DNA from: Zancudomyces culisetae HAW-14-8
Taxonomy: Eukaryota; Fungi; Kickxellomycota
Length of the DNA stretch: 64,000 nucleotides
Reading direction: 5' to 3'
Assembly (NCBI GenBank): GCA_052426225.1
Contig: JBNJNM010000013.1
Location: forward strand, 1,674,001 to 1,738,000
A program made the position numbers and the translations under genes. The notes under the pieces are model-generated. The model ran no database searches, was not told the DNA's origin, and was given only the letters and a program-made list of their open reading frames with translations. Of this stretch, positions 37,791 through 50,389 are shown one piece after another (the first letter of the stretch is position 1; the number at the start of each line of letters is the position of its first letter).

Positions 37791-38195
37791 TTTAATTTTT
37801 CAACTCGCCTAACCTGTTCTTAGATTTATATTTTTTAGTGCTTGTGTTGGCTTTATGGTATCAGAGAACATAACAGAATAGCGCAATAACCATCACCTCT
37901 TTCTTTCTTTCTAAGAATTTAATCTTGATTTATTAAACATGCCTCCTCATTAATATTATTAAATTACAAAACTAGTTAAAATATGTACAAACCCGTAAAT
38001 TTTAATATATCTGTAAAAATCTACCTTACGAGATCGCTTTTAATGTATTCTATTTTTTTTTGTGCTAATGACTTTTAATAAGTATGATAAATGAGCGGGA
38101 TATAAAAAGGTCATCAAAACACTAAAAAAAAACGATTTTGATCAGAGTTAATGCATTTACATTTGCACTGTCTAGGAAAAAAGAAAAGTAAGGAA

Positions 38196-39449
38196 ATGAG
38201 AGTATTATCAAAGATTGTATTAGGAGCAACACTATCATTTTTTTGTGTTGAGGCGGGGTTTGGGTTAACATCCGAAGAGTTTAGTGGTTGCTATGAGATA
38301 CACAAAGATGATTCTGTATGGCCAAGCTACAATTTCCACAAGTGTATTCTCAAGCACAATAGGTTTAACCATACCTTGTCACAAAATATGGTCATCAAAA
38401 ATTGTCAACGTTTCCGAGATGATTCTTTTTTGCCACAGCGTATATCTAACTACATTTCAGAAGCATTAAAGTTAATTGAATAGTGTAGTTCAGAGACACA
38501 AAAGTTGATTCAATATCTGAATGAACTCTCTGATAGCGATAGTCAACCTATTGAGAATTTTAAAGTTGACAATATCTACATGCATAGACTCGCTACAAAA
38601 ATCGAAATAATAATGTATTACGAGTACTATTTCCTCAAAAATTCTGAATCTGCTTTGAAATACCGAAAAGAGAGTACAGTATTAGTAAATAATATCAAAA
38701 TCCTCATTATCCCAGCATCACAAAAAATTTCAGTGTTATTGGCGCAAATATCTTTGCAACGCTCAAAAAATCCTGAAAAATCACTGGCGCTAGAGGGTAC
38801 AGATATTCTTGTTACAGCTAGGAACGTAGTTACTAACCTATCTGATGCATTAGAGTTACTTCCTGAATTGTATTCAATCTTGGAAAATACGCGATCTGCC
38901 ACTCTTGGCGACTTTGTTGCTCCTGCTCAACCATCAGGGAAAAGTGTTAGTGATGAGGACAAAACCCAAGCAATGTACAAGTGTATAAACAAATCATTAC
39001 TCAACAGCAATGCACTGACACCTTACAACTTTTGGATAGAGCAGGATAGTCCGCTTGGCTGGCACCTCGCTGCAATGAGATCAACCCATGCTGAAGAGTA
39101 CAGGAGAGTAAAATTGGCTAAAGAATATGGTCTTGAGCCGGAACGTACTATAATTGAGAAAAACTATAACTATATAACAGACTACATTGAAAAAAAAGTA
39201 AAAAAAGTTTTTGGAATTACAAGAAACGATTACTTTGATGTTGTAAAGATTGAACAGGCCGCTGAAGATAAGCCCACAATACTCTTAAACAATCTTAATG
39301 CCTATGATTCACAGCTTGAGTGGGTGGTGAACGAATATACTGATGAAGATCCTGACAAGTCAAAAGAGCTAATTGATATTATTCACAAGGAGTTTGATGT
39401 TCTCACTGAGTATGGGATTCTTGCAGAAGCTCAGGTCATGTTTTCGTAG
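38196..39449 (+). pseudogene. Secreted, helical-looking orphan protein ORF (about 417 codons) interrupted by a single in-frame TAG at 38481-38483
   Basis: ORFs 38151-38483 and 38505-39449 are in the same frame and separated only by TAG plus 7 sense codons. The signal peptide reads MRVLSKIVLGATLSFFCVEA and a TATA box lies at 38101. It may still be functional through readthrough or a small intron. Confidence 0.6.
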
Positions 39450-41082
39450 ATTTAGAGAATATGGATTTACAAACCTTCATTGAATCGTCTTTACTAAATT
39501 TGGTTTACTATTTTAAAAAAATATTTACTATTGATGTCTGTACTAATTACACCATCGCTGTATATGGAATTATTAGATTTAAACTGGTTTTTATAGATTT
39601 AGTACTTTCATCGAATTTTACCATAGTTGATCAACTCCTAAAAACGAATATTGAATAAAGATATTCAATTAATAAAAAATATTGGTGCATACACATAATT
39701 ATATCTTGGTGTTAGCATATTGTTTCAAGATTTCAGTACATTAAAAAACATAAAAATTTCCACTTTGGAAGAATTGATCCTTAGTCATTGTAAAGCGAGT
39801 TATCAGAGGAAAACTTTTCGAAAAAATATTAATTAGAATAAGCAATTTTAAATGGAAATGAGTGGGTACTAGATAAGTGTATAGAAGAAATAATGTGGCG
39901 ATTTCAATGCATCCCAGTCCAACCTAATGTAAAGTATTGAGATTTTACACTTATAATAAAATGAATTAAAATAATAAAAATTAAACTAAATATTTCAGTT
40001 TGGATAATAGGGCCATCTATAACTAGTTTGAGCAGATTGTACCATACCTTAAAAATAACCGCTTTAATCTTCTATAAGATATCCTATCTTTCATATACAG
40101 TTTGTAAATGCATCAGCATATCAATCTCTAACATAATCAACTAAAATGACTGTGTTAACAACGTTACAGGAGTTAGGGATTTACAATTAACTGTAATTTT
40201 TTAATTATTTTTTGAATCCAGCCATTTGTAATTAAAAGGATGTATGTACCGAGTTCGAAATAAGATGTAAAGGTACTTGTGGTAGGATTAGATCGAATCT
40301 AAAAGTTGCAATTATTTTAGTAAAACTTCATGCTTTAATACAATTCTAGGTAATCATTCTTAGCTTTAATTAAAATCCTTTCATCTCGTAGATTATTTAA
40401 ACAGTATTCTTCAGTTTACAGAACATCAAAAAATTAATTCTAGATAACAATAATATAGTAGTGACACTCGAAGTCTTTAGAAACAATAAAATTAGGTAAT
40501 CTCAGCGAATAATTCTTGATGTTAACGGTAGGTTGTCATTGGTTTAGTTAAAACAACTTCTTTAAAAGATTCTCCGCATATATAGAAATAGTTCGAGAGT
40601 AGGCTTTAACTTTATTAGTTGACACTACAAACAAACAACATTTAAAACTTTTCTTGTTTTATAATCTAGTACAAAGGTTTATCTAATAATTAGTATTAAA
40701 AGAGACGATCTACCAAACACGCTGTAGAATGACAGTCAGTACATCATTAATGAGGTTATGCCTAGTGTTTTTATATTTATGAGTAATATATTATTGTATG
40801 TAAAATAAATAGCAGGTTTGGGCTCATTTCAAAATGAATATCGTTATTCCTAGAGAATAAATCGACTAGAGGTATAGAGAAGCAACTACGATGCCAAGTC
40901 CATAGTGCCAAACCCAATATATCGGCATATCCATATAATAATGTGTCTTGAAGTTACTCAATCCATTCTGCAAAAAGTGTAAAAAGCACATCACTTTTTG
41001 AGATTACAACAAACAAACGTTGAATTCCCTTTTAATTCTACAACCCAAATTAGAATAGAAAAACGAAAAGAAACTCTCAAAA

Positions 41083-41499
41083 ATGATCAAGTCAGCGATT
41101 ATCAACACCTTGGTACTCAGTTCAACTCTTGCTTTCAGTGTACAGAATACAAAAAATATAGATGTACAAGAACCAGGTGAAAACAGTGCCTCAGAGGTCA
41201 AGTTTAACAAAATGAACTGTGAACCAAGAAGATTGAACGTTCAATTGTTTTCAGGTCTTAAATGGACCAGACATATAGGAACTTTTCTTCCCAGAGCAAT
41301 CAAGTGCTACAATGAACTTAAATTTAAAACTTTCAAAATGGGTGGTGTAAAACCCAACAGTTATTACCTGATGTATTGTAGCGAAGCTGATTGTCAAGGT
41401 AAATGTGCTCAAGTGTTTAGAATGGTTGGAAAACAATTTATTGTGGATTTTAGCCCAGTGGGTCGTTATGCATTGTCCTACAAATGGGGTACCCTTTAA
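41083..41499 (+). CDS. Small secreted Cys-containing protein, possible beta/gamma-crystallin-like fold
   Basis: 138 aa with signal peptide MIKSAIINTLVLSSTLA and 5 Cys. The pattern VQLFSG..CYN..YCSEADCQGKC..ALSYKW suggests the fold, but that assignment is inference. Confidence 0.7.
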   Translation: MIKSAIINTLVLSSTLAFSVQNTKNIDVQEPGENSASEVKFNKMNCEPRRLNVQLFSGLKWTRHIGTFLPRAIKCYNELKFKTFKMGGVKPNSYYLMYCSEADCQGKCAQVFRMVGKQFIVDFSPVGRYALSYKWGTL

Positions 41500-42379
41500 A
41501 ATAAATAGTAAATGACTTTTTTACAGATATTGAATTTGAATTTAGAATTAATAGAATATCTAAATAAAGATACAACTATTCTATTGAATTTAAAAAGTTT
41601 AGTTGAATGAAATCAAAGCATTAATATTATGCGAATGACAAATACAATTATTACCCTCATCACTCCCACGAAAACCTAGCTCAAACGATAGTAAATGTGC
41701 ATCAGAAAACAAGGGAATCACTTTACTATGGTTTTAAATTTACTAAATTTAGATGTTATATCTTTTTAAAATTCTAGTACCAGTATCGTGATATTAGCAT
41801 CATTTATACAATGTTACTAAGATTAACTCTCTTTATATAGATTTAGTACATCCACCGAATTTCATGATAAAGAATCAACTGATAAAAACTAGTAAATAGG
41901 AAATTTGTTGAGAATTAATAAATATTGGTTATACAGACTTTTATCTGGAAAAGATAAGCTTATTTAATAGAAAATGGTTGTACTGTATTGATGAGCTCGG
42001 AAACAGATTCACGTTTAACTTTAGTACTGCCAGGTCAGGGATAATTAACGCGAACTACGAGATCAGGTCAATATGTTGTATTTAAAATGGTATAATAAGT
42101 TGGTTGACTATATCAACTAATTCATTCTGAAAAGTAAGTGAACCAAACCCAGAGTATTTGTATATATATTTTTTCCAAAAGGATAATAGATGATAAAAAT
42201 AAAGAGAAATTGGGTATTTAGAGCAAGCTTGCCATTAATATCTTTATAAAAGTATAAATCATAATTTTCCTTCAGGATACCCTTTGCGTTCTTGTGACGG
42301 AACAGTATGATATTTTTATTCGTTTTTGTGTGTGTAAAATACTTTTATTTACTAAAGATATATTTGTATTAAAATAAAA

Positions 42380-43770
42380 TAGGAACAGGGAATCACAAAT
42401 AAAAGTATTCGAGAAATATTTTATAAAAAATGTAGCGAGTTTGAAGGAGGAGACGAAGGTCAAAATGAAGAAATCCAACAGATACAAGAAAGTAACGATG
42501 AGGGTGAAGAGCAGGAAGATCAGGAAAAAAATATTATTGAAAGATGGGAAACCAGTGGTGAAGAAGATGTAGAGGAGTCAAGTATTGCAAAGAGGGTAAT
42601 CCGTAGTGATAGCAGTAAAAGTAAAAGCAAAAATATCAAGATTAACCTCAAAGGGGAGCAAATCGAAGGGCAAAAACTACGAAAGCGATGTGGAAGGAAA
42701 CAAAAGAAAAAAAACAACCTGAAGCTGAATCCTCAAACAGAGATAATGAAGGGTTGAACGCCAGTTCAGCGAGAAAGGGTGGTCGCGTTGAGTGTTGTTC
42801 AATGTGTAAAGCCAAATTCTTGATACGGGAAGAGTTAATGAAAGATAATGATAAACGAAGGGTATTATGTCTAACCTGTGACAGATATATGAAAAAAGTA
42901 TGAACAAGCAAAACAAAATCGCGAGCTAAAAAAGCTAGTAGTTCTAGTTCGTTCTGTGTTACAGATTGGAAAAAATGTAAGAGCAGCCACAAATACAGCA
43001 AAGGTAAACAACGGAAGTGGAATGAAAAAGACAACTCAGAAAAAGAAGGTGGTCAAAACTGAAGGCGGATTATTACGGATAGATTTGGGTATTCTCAGTT
43101 TGCAGGATTTATGTGTTCGAGTAATCGGGAAATATATAAAGGACATCACTTCATTTGAAGATGTCTCTTCAGGTGCCATGAATAAAGTGTGTAGGATTAT
43201 TAGTAAATACCGGCTTTTGGATAACGACAAACTTCAGCTCTTTTTAATATCAACACAGGAACAAAGAACAGATTTTGTGTTGTATGACTGCACAAAGATA
43301 AATGTGAATTAATTATTGAGATTTTATGATTCTGCTAGTGGAAAACGAATCAAGCAACTTTTTACCCATTCATTTAGATTTGGTTGGAGTTTACGATATT
43401 GATGACAAAGCTTTAATTTCAAGTCTCAGGCATTCTGGCTCTACTCTACAATATTTGAGTCTACACTCCGCAGATCAATTTTTAAGTAACAATGGCCTTT
43501 CTGCCTTTTCTGGTACTTTTATTTTCAGTACAGACCAGGATAATAATAGCAGCAAAGATAAAAATAGCACAGGCACAAACAGTTCTCAACTCAAAACATC
43601 ACCGATAGTTACTCTTCGAATATGCAAAAACCTACACACACCAAACCTTTCATTTGTAAGGTCTACTGATGACTCTGCCATCACCACTCTCTTCTCTAAT
43701 CGCCCTAGTTTATCTACAATGTTTATGAATAGGAAACCCGAAAGCCATCTCACTAACTTCTTAGTCTGAT
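42380..43770 (+). pseudogene. RAD7: Disrupted RAD7-like gene (global-genome NER, Elongin-C-binding LRR protein)
   Basis: Acidic N-terminus, CSMCKAKF...LCLTC, then LSLQDLCVRVIGKYIKDITSFEDV..MNKVCRIISKYRLL..LQLFL..FVLYDCTKI and LRR remnants. These are split across frames, with stops at 42901 and 43310. Confidence 0.75.
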
Positions 43771-45258
43771 TGGTCGTGAACCTGGTAGTTTTTGAGCGGG
43801 ATTTATTGTTCTCTCGCCATCTCTGCTGTCTATTTATGTACACAACGCCATATTTGCTTAATTTGAATGATTTTTTCCGTTGATTACGCATATAATTTCC
43901 TTTTTTGTCAGACTCTTTGCATAATAATTTGCTTTTACATAAAAATTAAAGGATACTGCGCGAATTTATCATTTTGGGAACTTGGACTAATCTATACAAT
44001 AGATTCCAAATGCAAATAGACCCGTTAATACCCATGACCACCGAAAAGAGATTTAAAAATGGATTTTTAACCTCTGGAAACACTTGTAACTATAAATAGC
44101 TCATTCAAATTTAATAATAAATTAAAAAATGAAATCAGCTAGGGGTAGTTATTATTTTTTTGATTTGTAGTTCGTGTTTCACGCATTTGACCTCAAGATA
44201 TCTGCAAAATATTAAATAACAGCTTTGGTTTACGTATAGTTTTTTCACGCTAGTAGTTATTAAAGTAAAAAAACATCTATCTACTCTGTGGAAATATGTT
44301 TACTTTGATTCTAAACAATTTACTAAAAATTCTAAAGAGGTTGTGGATACCAAAATATATAGTTTTCTGTAGAATATTATACCATTATTCTATGCAGTTT
44401 AAATCAAAAGTTTTATTTTTTCTTTTACCACAATTTTTCAGCAATATACTTTCACTAGCTAGTGTGTCTGTGGTCAAATTCAGTCGAGAACATACTGTTC
44501 TAACAATATCGCTCGTTATTGTGTGCGTCTATTTACCATTGGGCTAATAGTTAGATGATTGATAGCAAAAGCTGTTATTAATGTCATTTGAGTGTGTCAC
44601 CAAGATTAATTGGAATAATCAGCTAAAACGAATAAGTTCTTGTTTATGGCATTGTATCATTCTTGTCAATATACAAAGATGCCAATTTCTAGATTTAGGA
44701 TTAAAGGTATTGTAAAGTTTTTATTTCGTAGATCCAATAATTTATTTAAAAATCAGCAAAAATATTTTAATTACATACTAATCAATAACTAATTACAAAT
44801 ACAATTAAATATATACGGGTCCTTGCGATCTACACTTTGAAGTATGTCATTTACTAGAGCAAATTATCTGAAAAAAATGTACATGTATCATGATATAAAA
44901 GTTGACACTAAAAATATATCAGGTTGTTACTTAGTCGAATACCTTTTGTCGCTCCCAAAAAACACATGTTTTCAAGCAATATTTCTCCTAATCTAAAAAT
45001 AGATAATGCTATATATATCATAAGTGCTAGAGGCTTGTTAAAGTTAAAAACTTTGTTTAGAATTATAACACTGAAATGGTACTTGTTTAAAGGGTTAATG
45101 GATCAAATTAAAATATAACAGAAAATGTTTAAAAACCAGCACTTTTTACCTATATAAAAAGTTACAATTCATAGTATTCAATACATACATTGACCTACTA
45201 GTACACAGACTCATTCATAAGTATAATTATAAACTTCAAAAAAAAAGAATTCGAAAAA

Positions 45259-46653
45259 ATGAAATCAAGTACATATACAGCATTATTGCCATTGGTATTA
45301 GCACGCTTGCTATCACCAATGGTGGAAGCATCCACTATCTCCACCTCACCAATTGGTCCTACTTTATCAACTAGCTCAAGCTCATCAACTAGCTCTGAGG
45401 GTTTTAACTGTTTTGATTCTGTCAGTCAAATCGAGATTGCACAAGGATCTGGCGATAATTCAGTTTACAGTTATAACTGGGACAGTGCTACTGATGTTTC
45501 TTGCCCATCTCAGGACTATCTTGTTACATTTGACATTGATCAAACCTCCGATATCTATTTTACAATCGGTACTCAAAAGACGTTGTCCACAGGTGCTGAG
45601 ATCATTGAAGGTGTAATCGGTGTAAATACAGGAACATGGTATATTGGATCTTCAGTTTATCATAAGGAACAAGATGTCATTTCAGGAGCGGCAGATACTC
45701 AAGAAGTATATATCCGAGTTAACAGTTCAGGAATTAGCATTGGATTGGTAGGAAATAGCAAACCGATTTTGACACTGTCACCAACTGACTATAATGTTAG
45801 CTCATTCAAGATCTCACCAAGTGCATGGCTTGCATTTGGAGCCGAGAAAGATTCGGTAAAAATCCAAAATGTAGAGTACAACTGTAATCATGCCAACTGT
45901 GTAAATCCAACATCATTATCATCACCAAATCCATCAACTAGCTCCACTCTATCAACCAGCTCAACTCAATCAATCCCGTCAACCCCATCAATCTCATCAA
46001 TCAGTTCAGCACTATCAACCAGTACAACTTCATTAAGTTCACCAATCCACAGTAGTGATATATGCGCACTTCACCCATCCGCAAGCTACTCATGCATACC
46101 TGACTTTTCACCAACCAGCTCAGTCAGCTCCACTTCATCAACCAGCTTAACCACATTAATTTCACCAACCTGTGATTCTTATAACTATGACTATTTTCAC
46201 ATTGATGTATCATCCACTAACAAGAACAAAGATTATGACTTTGCAAATGCTCTTACGATTCCATGTGATAAAAACGACTTCACGTTCGAAGCTCATGTCT
46301 ATACTGACTCCGATTTCTTTGTAGCTCTCATGAATAAGGACGGATACTATAGCCCTAATGGTGTAATAGAGGCTCAATTTGGTGTGTCATCTGGTATCAG
46401 TTCTATCAGAAAAGGTAAACGTACCTTGGTGAAACGAAGCAGTATTTTCACAAGAGCCAGCTCGCAAACCATCAAGATTGCTTACAACAATGCTCAACTT
46501 CAAATATTCATCAACAATTCGCTCAAGTCTACATACAAGGTTTCCAACTTTAGCATGACTTCATTGGCTATGGCACCATTTAAAGGTACAGCAAAAGTTT
46601 ATTCTCGAAAATTCTATAGCCCGCACAACTGTAGAAATATTTTTGTTCGTTAG
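45259..46653 (+). CDS. Secreted protein with two homologous beta-rich domains separated by Ser/Thr/Pro-rich linkers
   Basis: Signal peptide. Internal repeat YNWDSATDVSCPSQDYLVTFDIDQTSDIYFTI..IIEGVIGVNTG aligns with YDFANALTIPCDKNDFTFEAHVYTDSDFFVAL..VIEAQFGVSSG. It is an intronless 464-aa ORF. Confidence 0.85.
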   Translation: MKSSTYTALLPLVLARLLSPMVEASTISTSPIGPTLSTSSSSSTSSEGFNCFDSVSQIEIAQGSGDNSVYSYNWDSATDVSCPSQDYLVTFDIDQTSDIYFTIGTQKTLSTGAEIIEGVIGVNTGTWYIGSSVYHKEQDVISGAADTQEVYIRVNSSGISIGLVGNSKPILTLSPTDYNVSSFKISPSAWLAFGAEKDSVKIQNVEYNCNHANCVNPTSLSSPNPSTSSTLSTSSTQSIPSTPSISSISSALSTSTTSLSSPIHSSDICALHPSASYSCIPDFSPTSSVSSTSSTSLTTLISPTCDSYNYDYFHIDVSSTNKNKDYDFANALTIPCDKNDFTFEAHVYTDSDFFVALMNKDGYYSPNGVIEAQFGVSSGISSIRKGKRTLVKRSSIFTRASSQTIKIAYNNAQLQIFINNSLKSTYKVSNFSMTSLAMAPFKGTAKVYSRKFYSPHNCRNIFVR

Positions 46654-47782
46654 CTTATTTTGTTTCGCTCTAGGTTTTGAAATGTCCATCATTATAATAA
46701 ATTTGGTGAACAAGTCAATAAACCTTTCAATACACAGCTAATTTGTTTAGTTGTGTTTTAAAGGTATCTCTTCAGACATCAGAAGTAAAAATTAATTAAT
46801 GGTTATGAGAAATGACAAAATAAACTACAAATTATACTACAGTAAAAATACATCCAATATTTCATGTTCAAATCTGAAAATGATTGAAATTCTGAAGCTT
46901 GAGACAATGGGAAGTTGGATCTACCTCGTAAATAGTTGTCACGGAATTTGGCTAATATACAAGGAGAGGAGAGATAACCCAAAATTTTACTTTTAGTCAA
47001 ACTGTAAAAGCAAGATTCTTAGATAGAGTCTGTCGAGCGAGGGTTATTATCTGGGTCAATTTTGCTCTTAGTATATCGCTGACCCAACGCCCAGTGGGTA
47101 AAGTGTCTCTAGATGAACAGGAGAGAACGGGTTAATAGATACTGTGTAGTATAGGTTTTTTGTTAGTTTTATGTGGTACGTAACAAGTAATTTGATTGAG
47201 AAATAAATACCTTTGCATTCATTTGACTACAAAGGATTCATAATTTTATTGCTCAGATATACAAAACACATATACCACACTCTCCATCTCAAGATATCAA
47301 TATTGTTGATAAGTAGTTTGATAATACTACAATAGTATGATACAATGATAAAATCAAAAATAAAGACAGTATCGCATTCCACAAACACCATTTAACATCC
47401 AAAAGAACCCTAATGCCACTCTACCCATTCTGTCTTCTTTTCATTTTTCAAGTTGTAATAAGAATTTTTGGAGTTAATTTTATTAGATTTTTGAAACTTG
47501 TAAACTTTTCAGGCCATAAATATACACTTTCTGATTTATTTATGTGTGAATTATAGTTGTCAAGTTAAAATTACACAATGTAAATAAAATCAATACCTAG
47601 TATACTGCAAAAAGAAAAAAAAATCATGTAATTAAACATTACTAGATGGCTCCCATTTTTTAAAATGCTAATCAACTCAAGTAAAAACAAGTATCCAAAC
47701 CCGAAATGAATAATGACAACAAACCCAGACTCTAATATTCAATAAAAAAACTTTACTCGTTACTTTAGCTGTACGAATATAG

Positions 47783-48069
47783 CAGTTTTGGTATATCTCG
47801 CATTGATCGACATCCAGACAGCCGCTTTAATAATAAGAACTATCCTGGGATTAATTTTGGTGTGTATAAACTATTAAAGAATACAAATATAAAATTCAAG
47901 AGCAAAAACCGAGCAGAAACCGATAAAATCCGCGAAGAAAATGAAAAAAAGCGATCAGAGGATGAATTAGAAATTAGGCGCATAAAAATATGTGTAACTA
48001 CGGGGTAGAGACAAGTAATCAGATATTTCGCAGTGCATCCCAGAATATATCTACCACAACTGATAGTAA
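47783..48069. mobile_element. About 290-bp non-coding dispersed repeat, copy 2 (MITE-like)
   Basis: Same orientation as 32792-33086 and highly similar. Shared stretches include GACATCCAGACAGCCGCTTTAA, GAGCAGAAACCGATAAAATCCGCGAAGAAAAT and CTACCACAACTGATAGTAA. Confidence 0.75.
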
Positions 48070-50389
48070 TACTTTGTAGAATATTACCTTTGATTCAAAG
48101 AAGCTCAAAGTTGTTTTTCTTGGTTTGTAAAGCATATTTAGCTGCGGCGGTTGTCCGTTAAAAAGCTTTTGTTGAGGCTAAGTTTCAATTTATCGATTTT
48201 TTTTTATAGCTGCTTAATCAAGCGGGTATACTATTCAAGAAGTATTAAAGTGAAGGGATGGATTTTAGCCTTTAGAAGAGTACCTGACTCTACCCTAAAA
48301 TGGCCTTGGAAAAATGTTTCTACCTGCTTATTATTTTTTTTGGATATGATTAATCCTTCCCTTTTACATAATATAGCCTACTGTCCAAACAATAATGATA
48401 ATGGAAAGAATAGCTTGTACTAAACTTATTCTACCACTCACCTATGATGATACTATCTATTTCAATAGTCTTTTCAAAATATGGAAAAAATTCACAGTAA
48501 CCCACTTCAAAAAGAAAAAACTAATGGTAAAAATAGTCAATCAAACTGGTTATTAGCGAAATGGTGCACTGTATAAATTTAATTCGCGATTATGTTGTGT
48601 ATATTCAGCACAGAGAGTAGTATTTATTGGAGAATATATGACCTCGGTATAATACTTTGAATTTTACTCTCACATTTCAATCTATCAATCTTTCTATATA
48701 ATTTATTTCAATTATTTTGTTATCTACGATCTTAGACCTTAAAATAATTTTAAGGTGCATATTTTTTACCTTTTGGCATAGAAATACACATTAACTCAGC
48801 AATAATTTCTGCAATAATAAATGAATATACCTAGCTATAATACTTGTGCTTCTAATTAATCTGTTTATATCCCTTTTAGTGTTATAGCTTGATATCTAAT
48901 TTATAATGGATTTAAACAGTTGTGCGTTTTCATAGATTTTTTCGGTACACGACATTCAGAATCAGTAGCTAAACTATTCTCAATTAATTGGAGCAAAATA
49001 TAAATCGCCTATAATATTATTTCTGGGAGATATAACATACTACTAGAGTATTAAAGATCATTGTAAAATTCAAACTGACGTGCAGCAAGTCACACTTTTA
49101 ATTGTTTGGATGTTTAAACTGTAACACCCAAGGGTTATTTTAATACTGACAGAGATTTGAACTGTTCTATTCTACTGTCTATTTTATACTAGAAATCTAA
49201 TTACAGTCAAAGAGAGGATTCAATATTTTATAATTGGAAGCAAGTTGGGAATAGAGGGCCAGACATGTAAAAAGGTATATTGAATGTTTCGCAATCTTGG
49301 CCACAAATACAAAAAGTTGAATGATTCCTTTTTTTTTTACAAAGTTCATATGTAAATTAGTTTAGAGGTTTCGATCTGATCTACCCAATTCCCCAGTCAA
49401 CAGTTTACAACCATAAATATATTTACTGAAATTTTATTTAGGTTTCAGGGATATTTATGTTGACATTTACGAAATTAATAGATTCACTATTGTGTTTGAC
49501 TGAATCGAAAACCCCCAATCTAGATCCTAAATCGACAATAATTATACTGTTTTAAAGCATCCTATTTGATATCAAAATAGTCGAGTAACTGACCATGTTG
49601 AGCTCAATATTGATTTTGACTCTTGTAAAAAGAGTACGTCTTAAATACAAGGCTTTTGTATTCTACTTAAAGAGAAAAACTTGATTACCATTAAGTTAAG
49701 CGGATAGTAAGTTATGCTGGCCATTGTGGGTAAATAAATCATAATACAACCAAGTAAACAGTTAAAACAGTTCTCTTGTTAGCTCACAAAACAAGGTACA
49801 TGTGCTACGTAATATAGATGGTCTAGTTACTTTTCCTGGCTGACACCATATCAATATACTAGTAAAAGTAAAGGAGTGGTGCAAATGATCAATATTCTGA
49901 ATGTGATAGTTTTCGGCTTATGCACTGTTTCCTAGAGGGTTGTATCACAACACTATTGGTTCATCAAGAGAACTGCAAGTGTATGATTTTGTACGCTTAA
50001 CAGGTAAAATGAAATAGTTCCGTTTTTATAAACCCTGTTTACTCGTAATACATTCCAACAAAAGAAATTTCATATGAAAAATATTCTACTTTTCCAAGCG
50101 AGTGTTGGTAGAAGAACTATTTTTTTTCCAAAAATTCTTGTTTTTGGATGTTTAGGCTTTATTGTTATCTAAGAATACATACATACCTTACCAAAAAAAA
50201 ACTGTAAAAAACAAAAACCCTGCTTACCAAAAACAACGACTTTCCAATTATTTAAACAGTCTGTAAAAAAACAAGACTTTATTATTCCAATTTTAGAACG
50301 TTTGGAAGGAAAAGAAAAAGAGGAGGAGGAGGAGAAAGAAAAAAAGGAGAAGGAGGAGGAAGACGAAGGGATTACTGAAATACAGAACT

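Noticed and set aside
42901-42903. In-frame TGA in the RAD7-like sequence as possible selenocysteine (some early-diverging fungi use Sec)
   Set aside because: It is not at a Cys or redox position, it is accompanied by frameshifts, and no SECIS-like element was recognised. Pseudogene decay explains it.
46990-48420. Slightly GC-richer patches that might be retroelement or gene remnants
   Set aside because: Manual translation gave no RT, integrase or transposase motif. A translated database search would be needed to say more.
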